From: Convolutriloba macropyga | Lineage: Eukaryota | NCBI RefSeq assembly: GCF_964194025.1 | Contig: NC_134478.1 | Coordinates: 52,886,001-52,950,000, forward strand | DNA: 64,000 nt | Reading direction: 5' to 3' | Part shown: positions 1 through 12,346 of the stretch, in pieces | Numbering within the stretch: the first letter of the stretch is position 1 | Layout: every line of letters begins with the position of its first letter | Notes under the pieces: model-generated | Told to the model about the DNA's origin: nothing | Databases searched by the model: none | What the model saw: only the letters and a program-made list of their open reading frames with translations | Translations under genes and position numbers: made by a program

Positions 1-189
1 GTAGCTTGACCGAAGAACTAGTTTTTAGGGCTGTTTAAATGAAACCAATTAATTCGAACCCACTATATGTCCGACTGGAAGTTTAATCAGTTTTAGTTGA
101 TCATTTTTTTGCCATATTAAGGCTTTAGATTTTGCAAACTTTTGACTAATTTTTTAAAAAAGTTTTCAGTCACTTTTGGAAATTTTCCG

Positions 190-480
190 ACAAATTATTA
201 TTCCGACCCCTCTTGAGGGGGGGGGGGGGGGGGGGGACTATATACTCAACTGGGTTTTTTTGTTCAGACAATTTTGACCGCTCGATATATTCATCGTAGA
301 GATTTGTGAGTGGTATCATTAAAAAGCCCGTCCAGCGTATAATATGGAATTAAAAAGATTTTTTGTTTTTCCAAGGAGTTATCGAGATTTAAAAGAAAAT
401 TGAGTAAATTCCCTTTTCCCGGAATATTTTACTACAATTTCGTCAATTTTGCTAAAATATGTAAAGATTGTAAAAAAATA
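190..480. repeat. Interspersed repeat fragment (probable non-autonomous DNA element) with poly-G run
   Basis: Segment 237-270 (actatatactcaactgggtttttttgttcag) recurs inverted at about 18148-18175 and 21171-21200. G-run at about 216-236. Confidence 0.45.
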
Positions 481-1239
481 ACACTGTTAGTTTTATTTTT
501 AAAATCTTGTTGACTATTTTATATTTTCGCTTAAAACTTTTGCGAAATTTTTCAAAATTCAGCCTTTTTCGTCAAAAATTGCCCAAAATAGATTTTTTCT
601 AGTACACTTTGATTAAATTTGCCGGAATTCACAACCAAACACAACTAACACAATCTGTGTAAACTACAATGAGAACTCGTCCTACTTTCACTTTCATTGA
701 GAGTAGTCGGGAATTAAAATTTTGCCGTTTTTTGCTAACTTTACTCTATGATTATCAAAAACAAAGCATTTATTTTTGATCTGTTAACTAACGAATTATC
801 TAGATCTCAAAATATGGAAACAATTGAGTGTTCTTAATGGACGATCAGCAATAGCAAGGCTAGTTTTCGTCCAATCTTTGACAGTCACAATCCAAATAAA
901 TCAGATTTTTTTATGTTAAATAAAGAACAGAACAACTCAAATCAAAGCTCAATGTTGATATGTCCAATAAGCTTCCTAAACAGTTCCCAATTGTTCTATC
1001 TAGTCTCTTTACTCGAAAAATCGTAGTCATTGTGACTTATAAAATGTTTGACTTTTTAAATAAACAATGGCTTAATGAATATTGCCACTATTTTTATTTT
1101 AGTTTGGTCAACTTGTAGCTTAGTGTCAGCAAAGAAGGAAAGCTTCTTCTTCCTCTTCTGTCTTCTGAATTAAAATTTAGTAGTTTTTGCGGTTTTACCT
1201 TTTCAGTTCTGGTTTTCTGGCGTTGATACTATTAGATTT

Positions 1240-2400
1240 CCATTTTTTTAATTCTTAGGGGTTGCCTGATTTGCACGTTGTTTTTTTTCTCGTTTTGTCG
1301 CAATTTCCCTCAATTGAAAGGTAGCATATTACATTATTGACGTTCAAAGTAAGACACAATAGAAAATATATAAGTCTTTAAAGGCATTGATTATGGTTTA
1401 AGAGGCATAGATTATGGTTTAAAGGCATAGATTATGGCATAGATTATGGTTTCGGAAAAGATGCTTCGACTCCTCTTTCTCGAAGAGCTCAACTGAATTT
1501 TTTCACATTTGTCTTTAGCTGTAGTGTTTATTTCGTCTGTTTAATCCTATGAAATTTCCGGGATAATTACAGGTCTCATCAATTTAGCATAAGGAAAAAT
1601 TAGCCAAAATACTGATTTGATTAGATAGCTGATGGCTTTCCTGACTTTGAAAACGTTTGTTTTTTAAAAAAGACCTAACTTCACGTTTTGTTCGTTTTTG
1701 TTTCAATTTGTTACCTAGGCTTGTTAATTGAAGGTCACATATGACATTAAGTTTACAAAATTTATGGTTTTTAAAGAGTTCCTTATGAACTTACTGTCTT
1801 CGACACGGGTTTTTCGCATAAAAACTAAACTAAATTTTGATTTTTGCCTATATTTGATGTTCCTTTTCTAGACGTAAGACATATTCTGAATAGTTAAAGC
1901 TCTCAGGTGCTTCCGTTGGGCTAACAAACGAAACTATTTAACTAATGAATTTTGTAGCTAATGGCTTTCATGGATTCAAAAATAATTATTTCCAATAATA
2001 CAAAGATGTTACTTATCTTTGTGGTTTTTCTTTTTTATTGCCTACTTGTTTCCTATTCTCATTAATAAGAGGTCGCATACCAAATTTTTGGTGGTCGAGG
2101 TGGGCTCAATTGAATTTTTTTTGTGGTGCAAAATGTGACTTTACAGCTTCGACAGCGTTTTCTCGCATTGTCATTTGCTTTTCTTTTTGTAACCGCATAG
2201 GAAATTGAACAAAAACAAGTCTTAATGCCATCCTATATATGCAAATATGGTCATAAACATGTTTTTTTCCAGTTGCTATATAGTGGTTTTCATTACTTTG
2301 AAGTTAATTGTTTTTTAAATTTTAACCAATTTTCTTTGCTGTTTTTCTGTTCTTTTTTGTCTAATTATTACAGAGCGTCGATATGGAGTGGTCTCAGGTC
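1240..2400. repeat. Degenerate tandem repeat, about 320-350-bp unit, about 3 copies
   Basis: Recurring anchors: cttcgac...tt.tcg at about 1464/1798/2147, and gct.atggctttc at about 1628/1957 with a decayed version at about 2276. Nested roughly 20-bp ggcatagattatggttt x4 at 1381-1452. Confidence 0.55.
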
Positions 2401-4240
2401 CTTTCTAGTGAAGTACAAGTTTCTGTATTTAGTTTCAGTTTTACTTTTCAGTTTTACTAGCAGTTTTGCATGCTATTTTGTCTTAATAATAAGTTTTTTT
2501 AAATGGGCAAACAGTTTTGGATTTAATTAATGTTCGTTTTTTGATTTTTTTGTTCATTTTGACTTGGTTTCTTAAAAGTGGCTGATCTCATCAATCTAAT
2601 GCGGCATTTTTTTTACTCCACTTGAGTTATTTGCGTTGCAGGCGATCTTTTTGTCCAGACACATTTCCTTTTGAAAAATACTGTTCCTCATTTGGTAGAC
2701 ATTTCTGCCAAAAATATGGATGAGCGGTGTCAGAAATTTATGTGCGAACGCACATTGCTGAGCCTCCTTGTTGTTATTCTGCAACTATATGATGAAATGT
2801 ATTGAAATATTTCAAAAAGTTATTTTGGAGCTCAAAAGTATTGCTTAAAAATTCGACCGCATTCTTTGTCCAAATATACGGGACCAATTTTAGATATTTT
2901 AGCTTTTTCACCCCTATCGTCTATCAGTTAATCCCAATTATTTCGACCCTCTATTATTTCACCCCAATTCTAAGCCTGTTTGTTTTTGGTACCATTAACA
3001 TTGGTACTATAATTATTTGGTAATGCCTGGTGGTCCGTGGGACTTGATAAGTAAGCGTAAAGCGTATGAAAAGTAAAACCATAGATTAAACCTATAGCTA
3101 ATATTTTTACGGCATTTTAAGAGTGAAGCTGTTTCTGATATGTCATTAAAACAAAACCGAAAGTTATCCTAATTGATTAGATAGAAAAAAATTCAAAAGT
3201 TTGCTCAAGAAAATATTATTAAACCAAAGTTTCCACCAATATATGTCAACTAAATTGGTAAATTTGAACAAAAATATGTGAATAAAATCAGTAGACCTTT
3301 AGACACTTTTTTGCGTTGATGGGTTAAATAGTCGATAAAAGGTTCTGATTTTTTTTACCTTGCTGAAGTGAAATACTGTAAGGGCACCAAGAAGACCTCA
3401 GGCTCTAACCAAGCTCTTTCATGTCTAATTTAGGGTCCGTTAAATGTTACCTGAATTTCTTTGTCTAAGATTTGACACAATTATAAGTCTATGAATTGGA
3501 AAAAGATCCCCAACCATTGCATTATTTCACACTTCCTTGGTATTAGGTACTCATTTGAACAAAACAAAAAAAAACAGTTCAAATGACTAAAAGCAAAATA
3601 CGAAAATTTTTTGAACTAACAAATTTCTATTTTCAAAAACAGTAGCGGTAGTTGGTACCAAAATTTGAAAAGTAAGCGAATCAGTTATTTCGATATCTCA
3701 CAATTTTTTTTAGCACTAAAATTAATTTCTTTCTAACTGATTAATTTGACTTCAAAGTATTAAAGAGGATTTCTAAATCTTGAAAGTATTAAATTTTCCT
3801 TAATTTTTCCTGTTCTCAATCGGGTTGGTAATTTTTCTAAGTTCATATGAAGGGATGTAATTAAATCTGCGTGGTCTCCATTATCTAATAATCTTGGTTT
3901 ATATTGATCTAAAATTTAAATGTTTGCTGATTATTTCTTTTTGCCAATCATTTATCTCCGATCTTTGACATTTCTTCCTCTCTCCCTCAGCCTTTTAACT
4001 CTCGTTTTTTAATTTCCTCGCGTTAATGAACTGCGCTCAAGTACCCTCATGTTGATTTACATTGCTTACAAAAATACTCCCCTCTCATTGGGTGAGTACA
4101 ATACGAATTCGCGCTTGTTTCTAATTCATCAAGAGATTGATTCAGCTCAACACAAGCGTCTAGGAAAAGTTATCTTCACATTGCGTCCCAAACAATCGGG
4201 TTGCTGATTATCAGACAGTTCAACTAATTGCTGCGTTCAA

Positions 4241-6066
4241 CTACGGAGCTCGCGACAACAGCATATTAGCTGATCCTCGTATGATGACAACAGAAAGTGA
4301 CTGAACTGCTCTGTCGAAGGCAATGGATTGTCCCACTGACTGATAATTTCTGCTATCAGCTAACAACGACATGCGCAATAAGGCCTTCTTCAGAGTCCTC
4401 GACAGACCGACCGCCCAAAACTTCAATTGCCAGCGGGACGAACATAATTCCTTGTTGAGCACAACTATTTTCATACTGAGCATATTTTCGATCTTCGGCA
4501 GTTTCAATTGCATAGCCTGACTTCTCTGCCGCATGAGAAATAATGTTCGGTTGCAGAGAGGAAGTCACGGTTATGTCTAGAGCAGCAGATTGGCCAGATT
4601 TCCAACAAGGCAGATAGACGTCTCCTGGGCGTGAGTTGTTTTCCGCAATGAGATTGCGTTTTTCAATTACTGGAGACAAATTAGCTGCTGAACAGGCAGA
4701 AGCTATGCAATCGCGAATTCTATCGTGCCTTGAAATCGCATCTCCCCTTCCATGGCAGGCAACTGCATGGTCACCAAACGTGTCCAATGTACCTGACTTA
4801 AAATAAGGACATTTTCTTTCTTGATCATAAACCGCGATCCCGAGCCTGTACTTGACACTGACCTGAAATTCCTTAGCCGAAAGGTGTAGACCTAGAGCGG
4901 GAATTGGAGGCGCAGCAAGCCATGCTCCTGAATGAGGCAGGCATAGTGATTGGAGTCTTGCTTTTTCCCTAGTTGACGATTGATTTCTTATTAGGTCAGC
5001 AAGTTTTTCTTTATCAAGTGCTTCTTTGATCTTCTTTTGCGTGTGCGAAAGTAGATTGAACTGTTCCAGACTCTGTTGTAACTCTTTAAAAGTGTCACTT
5101 TCTGAGGGACGCCTACTTGTTATTTTGTTCACCAGCTCGTCTGAGGCTAAAATTGAGCCCACAAATGCACTTTTGTATTGCTCTTGTGACTGTCTGACGC
5201 CTAATCCCGACAAACTGATAGGTAAGGAAGACTGTTGCCATGCGTCATCATCAATAATTGAGCCAATAATTTGAACCAACACTTCTCTTTGGCCGTCATC
5301 GAAACTTTTCAATACTTCGAGCATCTCGTTTGATGGAGTGTTAGTTCGTAATGAGTATACTAGTTTCCGAGTTCCCAAACAGTAGCGAAGGATACCCAAT
5401 GCACATTGAGGATCGTTGAGGTGATGTAAATTATCCAGCATAGATAAAATTTTTTGAACTCTCCTCTTCAAACAAGAAGCGACAAACTCTTTTGAACTAA
5501 CTGCAGCACCCAGAATTTCAAAGCCGTTTCCCAAATTCCTTTTTACTGCCTGATCAATGGAGGGTAAATCTTTAACTGACCACAGCTCACATTTGTCTTT
5601 TCTCAAGATTAGGCCTCTCTCGGGGCCTTCATTGGCTAGGATTTCAAGCGTTTGTCTGATCTGATCTTCAGAACCAGCAATAAACACATCATCTAAGTAC
5701 CAAGTGTGCTGTACCAAATCCGGAACTGAAGTCTTGATCTTCTGTATGATCGGCCATAACGTCAAGCAGAACAATAACGGTCCCAGCGGATCACCCTGCT
5801 GAACACCCGATTCACTTTGAATGATTGCATTGTTATTAAAGAGTGGTGTGTGCTGGGAGTAGCAAAAATTGGTGAAGGCGGCAATTCCTGGAATAAATTC
5901 ATAAGTTGCTTTTAATAAGTGTGATCGCTTGACTGAGTTAAAAGCGTTTTGGAAATCAATTTGAAGCACGCCTCCGTCCTTCTGAGCACTTACTATGTTA
6001 TTGTATGTATTTTTGGACGAATGAATGATTGCCTCAGCGCCTCCGCTAATGCCTCAGCGCCTCCGT
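4241..6066 (-). mobile_element. 5'-truncated RLE-type non-LTR retrotransposon (CRE-like clade): RT + CCHC + restriction-like endonuclease
   Basis: RT motifs GGAEA..DFQNAFN, QQGDPLGPLLF and WYLDD. Knuckle CPYF..DHAVAC followed by RHD, RPGD..LDITV and KY..Y..FVPLAIEVLGG (RLE). One frameshift near 4410 joins ORF 4356-5969 to the C-terminus of ORF 4241-4534 (..LSVVIIRGSANMLL). Confidence 0.9.
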
Positions 6067-7554
6067 AGTTATCACTGGAATCTCCGTCAACCGGAGATTT
6101 TAATTTTCGACGTCTTTTAAAGATTCTTACTTAATAAGACACTAATTTACTAAATAGCACATCAAATGGTCAAATAAGACGTTTACAGATTGTAGAATTA
6201 CAAACCTTTTTAACAAACAACAAAACTTTAGAATTTTTTGATGTTATAGTTCCATTTTGAATAATTTTCCATTTTGACTTATTATTTGTATGAAGTTGAC
6301 TGCTATAAAATCTTACACTTCAGGTTTTTTATGTTCACCCATCCAGTGGTTTCGCTCATTGCCATCCATTTGTCCGTCTGTCTTGACATGTTAAAGTTGA
6401 ACTTATTTAGCTTTGTAGAGAATAAATTCGAATTAATTCATGTTGGAGCTTTTGTTTCGATCGTGAACAATGGGATTTTCTAACAAACAAACCATCAGCA
6501 AAATTATTTAGTTCAAATTTGAGATACATTCAGAAAAAAATCTTCCAAACCGTGGTCCCTACCAATTGATTTCTAACAACGCGTTAAAATCTGAACACAG
6601 CGTTGGCATCAGGAATTTGATATTAACATCGTTATCAAAAAATTCAAATTTATGCTTTTCAGTGAAAATTGTTTTTTAATTGAATAGAAGGACTAATTTA
6701 CATAAATTTAAACATTTCAAAACAAGACACTGATCAGGGAACATCAAATTGTTTTTAAACAAAGCCGTTAGTTGAATTGAAGAACCTTTGAATACGAAAA
6801 TAACATTTTGTTACATCTTGAAATTAATTGGGAACTTGGGAGCTTTTTGGTTTACTAGTTGTTACAATGCAGACCTGTTGAGCGCAGACCGCTTTGAACA
6901 GTTTTGAATTTCCGTTTTTTAGAATATATGGTTTCAAAGTATTAGTTTTATTCCAAAAAGACGGCTATCATAATTTTTTTTTGCATCTAGACAACAATCA
7001 AGATTGATTTCTATTTACTATTACGGAGTTTTACACCGAAAAGTGCACCACACAGCAATCCATCGCGTTTTCGTGCAAGTGTTGTGGTTGTGGCTAAACT
7101 ATTAGCATTCTCAACAAACTTTTGAAGTTGAAATCTTAGTCTTTATATAGACACTACCACAGAATTCAGGCTGAAAACTGGAAAACGTTTAAACTGGACA
7201 AAATCAGCTCCACTTTACAACTTGATGTCAGGAAAAAATGAATAATTGAAAAAATATGATTACACTATTCTTCGAGTAGTGAATGTTACTAAAAAGTCTC
7301 TTTCAACTTTCGTTAATTTAGAGAACGCAGTTTTATAATGCAGATGCTGATGCTGTAATCTATTGCCAACTATTTTCAATAATTTTTGACGAAATAAACA
7401 ATCGTGCTCTACTTTAATTGTTACAGCGTTTATTTTATGGGCTGTCCCCTTGAACTTGAAAAGGTTGAGTGTAACCGCAAATTTCCTTGCCATGTTAAAT
7501 ATGCAATTAGAGAATAAGAAGTCTTTATTATCAGAGTTCGCAGGCTACTAATCT

Positions 7555-7983
7555 CAGACATAACCGACTAACGTCGAGCGAATTGCTCTCAAACGACCGG
7601 CGAGCGGTTGGCTTCGTCAGTAGCTAGCCACGAGGGGGGGATTCACCGGGGGCTGATGGGTGGCAACACTGGGTTGGGGGCAGCAGCGCGATGGGGGGTG
7701 GAGGTAATAGTGGGGGTGGGGTCAACAGGGGGGAGGGGGGGGGGGGGGTGTGTCTCAACCTCTCAGGACCACCCTTCAAACCATAAGTATAAGTCTCCAA
7801 AACAGTTTGAGCTGAAAGGCTCTAAGATCACTTAATGCACGCTGGGCGTTACCTGTTTATCCCGTTTTTGAGGACGAAAAGTCAAAAGCGTCAGACGAAA
7901 AATCGGTCAAGCGAAAATTCGCATAAAAAAGACCGACAGGACTAATATAATTGCTACAAACTTCGTTTGAGAGCAATTAAAAA
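7555..7983 (-). mobile_element. Helentron-associated non-autonomous element (HINE/DINE-1-like)
   Basis: 16-bp subterminal inverted repeats AATTGCTCTCAAACGA (about 7581) and TCGTTTGAGAGCAATT (ending about 7978). Adjacent partial inverted repeat aattgctacaaac forms a hairpin. Ends in an A/T run. G-rich interior. Confidence 0.6.
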
Positions 7984-7989
7984 TCACTT

Positions 7990-7990
<1 letters not shown>

Positions 7991-8043
<53 letters not shown>
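7991..8043. repeat. (GA)n microsatellite
   Basis: Seen directly. Confidence 0.95.
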
Positions 8044-8402
8044 CAGGTCCTTCAATGAGCACTGGAACGTTATTCTTGTCATTCAGGAACTGTTTATAAA
8101 CTACTCATCCTCATGAGCACTGTGAGGTGTCTCTCAAGGGCTTGGGGCTGTCCTGTACTGCATCGCTCAATTAGAAAATATTTAAGTTTAATGTTATATT
8201 GTGGTATTTGTCCCTCTTCACCCTTTGCCTAATACTGATGCGATTGATACTTGAACTAAATGCTGTTGGGTTGTCTTCAGCAAGCTCTCCGGCTAGTCCA
8301 GTCTTGACTATGTATATACTTGTCAAAGTTACTTGGTAAATTCAATTGTTCAAGACAAATTTAATTGTGGTTATTGATACTATTAGTAAAAAATGAACTC
8401 AC

Positions 8403-8453
8403 GCCCTTAAAAGCAGAAGACTGGCGCGAACAGCTGAATGGCTCTTTTGGGAT
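8403..8453 (-). other. Candidate 51-nt exon of an unidentified minus-strand gene
   Basis: tttcag|...|gtgagt boundaries, open in two frames (IPKEPFSCSRQSSAFKG or SQKSHSAVRASLLLLR). No recognisable homology. Confidence 0.25.
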
Positions 8454-9051
8454 CTGAAACCAATAATTGAATTGTGAAACCAATACATTCGCTATGTGTC
8501 CACACTCCGCTTACAGTAATAAAAAGACTAGCTTGATGAAGTAACATTTGCACCGGACTTTATTCAAGAGCACCTATCAATTTTACACGTTCTCATCACA
8601 TAGCTGTGATAGAAATGCTTTTATTAACCATTTTGATATTCTTTCTAATAGCTTTTGGCCTCGTTCCTTTTGCCATAAACAGATGTTTCAAAATTGCGTT
8701 CTAGAACTCACAAAATTGAAGAATTCAACCAAGCAAACCATTAGAGTCCTATCAATTAAAGGCAGAAGTTACAGCAACTGCGAATGAAGACTTTTACAAT
8801 GGCATTCCATCCAATTTCCGTATTGTAACATGATTCAATTGAAAAACAGCATTGAAAGCGAGAGTTCCCAAAATATTTTGTATGGTATGGAGTCTTGCAT
8901 GACCTCAGCGAACCTAATTTAAAAGAGAAGACAATTTGCACAGACTCAACTGCAATGCCAAATTAATCATGAGCTATGTATACTTCCAAATTCTAAATGA
9001 TTCTAAATAAATTCAGTTGTGAATAGCAAACATGAACCAGTCTATATGCTT

Positions 9052-9189
9052 TCAGCTCCTATTAGGGCTGAAACTGGTTTCGAGAAAGAGTTTGGCCACG
9101 TGTGCAGCATCGCCGAATGAGTCGTTCGATATCTGTTTGAGAAAGTGCATCATCTTCGTCAGGATTCTGGGCCGAGGCTTGAAGAAGTA
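9052..9189 (-). CDS. CNTD1: Terminal coding exon of CNTD1/COSA-1-like cyclin-fold gene
   Basis: tttag| acceptor, phase 0, YFFKPRPRILTKMMHFLKQISNDSFGDAAHVAKLFLETSFSPNRS*. Phase matches the upstream exon and the pattern resembles the CNTD1 C-terminal helices (from memory). Confidence 0.55.
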   Translation of the reverse strand, partial: YFFKPRPRILTKMMHFLKQISNDSFGDAAHVAKLFLETSFSPNRS

Positions 9190-9707
9190 CTAAACAACTG
9201 AATTCTTAGAGTAGTCACAGCTTGCATTTTTGAGTTAGATTTTAAGTTAGACCCCAATAATTGATCATTTTTATGTCTAGCAGTGGTAATGTGTAGTATT
9301 CTGACTGTCTTCACATGTAGGTTTTTAAATGCAATAGGTCATGCAAACTTTTATTTATGATGTACAATATGTACTTTTTGACTGCTAATATATAGCACTA
9401 GAAAGTAAGTATAGCTCTCAACTGAATTTACCTGTTCAGAGAATTGGCTTGGAAAACAGTGGTCTCATTTCAACAAGAAAACGACCCCCACACTAAGACC
9501 CACCCTTAGGTGTCTCCTATACACAAATGCATAATAACTTTCATTGTGGTATTTGAACGACATGATTAGAGTCATAAAATTAGGACCAACGCCGGTATCG
9601 ATCTCCCTGTGTTTTCTTACACGAAGAGTTCTTGCACCAAACGAGATATTGAAAGTTCAGATATCAATTTAATCAAAACAGTCGACTCAGAAACGACAAG
9701 GACTTAC

Positions 9708-9816
9708 TCTTAGAACAATGAGGGTCAAAGCCTGTCCCACAAGAGAACGTCGTAATATCAATTCACACATTCTAGGTTGTCTCCTCTTCTCGCATTCATT
9801 CACCATTGTAACCAAA
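9708..9816 (-). CDS. CNTD1: Internal exon of CNTD1-like gene
   Basis: tacag| ... |gtaagt, 109 nt, phase 2 to 0, LVTMVNECEKRRQPRMCELILRRSLVGQALTLIVLR. Confidence 0.6.
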
Positions 9817-11129
9817 CTGTACACGAACAGATCAGATAGTTGACCAAGAAATCTGAAACAGCACATACTGTCATGCTAGTTTAATTTCTGACAAATGCCG
9901 CAAAATTCAACATAGCTGCCAGGTAAAAAAAACGTTTGTTGATATCAATTCAACTTTATGAGTCGTCTTGAAAACTAAGCCGTATAGGGTTTGACCATCT
10001 GTTGGTGAGATTTTTCGTTTGTTCCTAATTGACAGGCAATGAAGGGTAGTAACACCTTTGGATAAGTCTTTCACAGCTGTGACCCTCAAGGTTCAATTTT
10101 TACACTTGTCATCGTTCTTTAAAAATGAGAAACATTTGCCAGAATTTACCATTGAATGCCATTCTTCTCAAATATGGAACTCAATTAGTTCAAGTGAAAA
10201 TAAATGAAGGTCCGACTAAATTCACAGAAAAGGCACACAGGTGGAACCAAGTGCAGTGTGCAGGGGTGGGTATTGGGTGGGGGGGGGGGGGCAGTCCCCC
10301 GATCCTTCCTCTACTATGTAGTTAGTGTAGCGATTCAAAATCTATGTTACAAGAGTTTCAAGCTTTCATACTTATTCAACAAAGGTGGATTTAATTAATT
10401 ATTATTTTTCGCACCTTCCTGTTTCTAGGGAAAATTGAGGAAAAAATATTAAAGTTTGGTTAAAACCAGTCTTTCTAATTATTCCAGGGAAAACTTCAAC
10501 CTTTTGAGAAATTTTAACTAGAAAATGAGTTACGACGCGGTAAAACTTCAGACAGTCACAATTTACTTCGAAAAAGCTAATTTTGTTCAGAAAAATGAAA
10601 CTGACAATAGAAAAATTAAAAAACATAGCTGTCAGATTGCCAGAAAAAAAGCCACAATAGCTTCGTAGATCTGCAGTCTAAAAAACATTAACAAAGACAG
10701 ACCAAAAAAATCGTCTTTTCATTGAAGGCTGATATGTTATATTTTGATTAAAAATCTGTATAAGTTTTTGCTGCCTCTGTTAGCTGCGTTCAAATAACCT
10801 TCATTTAGAGTGACACACACCCATTTGACCTTATCTCTTTGAATTAAAGTAAATAAAAGTCAATTTCAAATGGAGTCATTTTTGAGAGTGAGGTAAGTCA
10901 AGTGTGACCAAAAATTTAATCACGCGAATGAACAAAAAAACTTGCTCCAATAAGAGCAAAAATGACGTCACGCACTCACTTTAGTTGAAATTGCATGAGC
11001 GAATGAACAAAAAGCAGGTTTGAGGTGGTTCTGACGTCATGTGGTCGTAACAAAAATCGCGACGACGAAATAAAAAACATAGCAGGACAAGTCCTGACCT
11101 ACAATTCAAAGAATTTTCATTGACTAAAA

Positions 11130-11567
11130 AAAACTAGACCTAAAACGGACTATGAATGGATTGGAAAAACCATTTAGAAAAAAATCGGATCCAAAAAATC
11201 GAAAAAAAAACAGATATCTTTTATCAAAAATATCTTCTTTTATCAAAAAAAATCAAAGTGAAATTGCCGCATGTGAACAAAAAACAACTAGCGAGAAAGC
11301 GAATTTTTGTTCAAACTCCGTTTTCTCACTCTACTTTAAATTTAGAGCAAAAAAATTTCACGCCGCAAAACCACTCCCATTTTCGCTCCATTTCCTGTTT
11401 CGGCGTGACCAAAATCACTACTCCAATTTGACTTCAAAAATCGTGACGATGTGTGAACAGATCTTAAAAAAAAGACAGCGCCCCAATACAATTCAAATTC
11501 TTTGAATTATAAAAAACCAAGAGAAGGCCAATAATAGCCCCAGCTATCGCTGTGAGGCTATTAAAAA
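11130..11567 (-). mobile_element. Non-autonomous Helentron/HINE-like element (family B), intronic
   Basis: Core 11255-11505 has a close inverted copy at about 58840-59085. Terminal hairpin aatagcc..cagc tatc gctg..ggctatt followed by an A run. Confidence 0.6.
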
Positions 11568-12189
11568 ACCAATTTTCACGCTGAAGATAACTTTTTATGT
11601 TACACGAGATTGAAACGGATTTTAATATTTATTAGCAGATAATAATATATAGTAAAATAGGCATGTGCCCTATACCGCAAACTCCATAAGAGCAAACTCC
11701 GCAAATCGCCCGTTTTCGTTTTACAAGAAGGAAACTATTTGTAAGTACTTTCTGAAAACCAGCCGACGGCAACCAGTATATCTTCATTATTAAAAAATAG
11801 TTCTTCAAGTGCACATTCGAAAAGCGTTGCCTATTCAGAGAAGATCACGCACATACAGCGCACAGATCAAAAGCAAGCTAACATTATCTTTAGATAACAA
11901 AAAAGGATACATAATGAAGGGCAGACCTAATACCAATTTTTTAAACAGATGTCAAAATCATAAAAACCACTGCAATGAACTCGAGCCAAAGTTTAAATCA
12001 TTTATGTATCATCAGCAACAAATTATACGGGCCATTAAGGCCAAAAACTGATAAAACAAGAAAATGAACACGTACAGGCAAACATGCCTTGTAACATCCT
12101 TATGTTACATCGCTTTTACCATAGCGACAGACGTAATTTCGGAATAATCAATAGTCAAGGTAAAGAAAGTCATTCGAGAAGTGAAATCC

Positions 12190-12295
12190 AAAGAATGTTC
12201 TGGAACAAAAGCGCAAAAATTCCAGCAAAAAATTTTGCATAAAAAACACACGTTTACAATAATTGCTTCAAACTTCATTCACGAGCAATTAAAAA
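12190..12295 (-). mobile_element. Terminal fragment of HINE family A
   Basis: ataattgcttcaaacttcattcacgagcaattaaaaa matches the 7948-7983 terminus. It sits in the T-run directly after the gtgag donor of the 12301-12346 exon. Confidence 0.55.
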
Positions 12296-12300
12296 CTCAC

Positions 12301-12346
12301 TTTCCATAGCCTGGGGAAACTTCAGATGTTAACTTCTTTGTTATAG
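12301..12346 (-). CDS. CNTD1: Internal mini-exon of CNTD1-like gene
   Basis: ttttttcag| ... |gtgagt, 46 nt. The only open frame is phase 1 to 2 (xITKKLTSEVSPGYG), exactly the phases required by the flanking exons. Confidence 0.55.

Noticed and set aside
3290-3327. piggyBac-like terminus (GGG-TTAA)
   Set aside because: No matching TTAA-CCC end with a shared TIR was found in the window.
3750-4200. TRIM-like coiled-coil pseudogene on the minus strand
   Set aside because: Only a vague heptad pattern across broken frames, with no RING or B-box motif visible.
7608-7835. Gly-rich 75-aa ORF
   Set aside because: Translation of G-runs inside a non-autonomous element.
8045-8170. Hammerhead or HDV ribozyme near the (GA)n tract
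   Set aside because: The core CUGANGA/GAAA arrangement with supporting stems is not present.
10150-10215. Extra CNTD1-like exon (SDLHLFSLELIEFHI)
   Set aside because: It has stops in all three frames and an incompatible phase.
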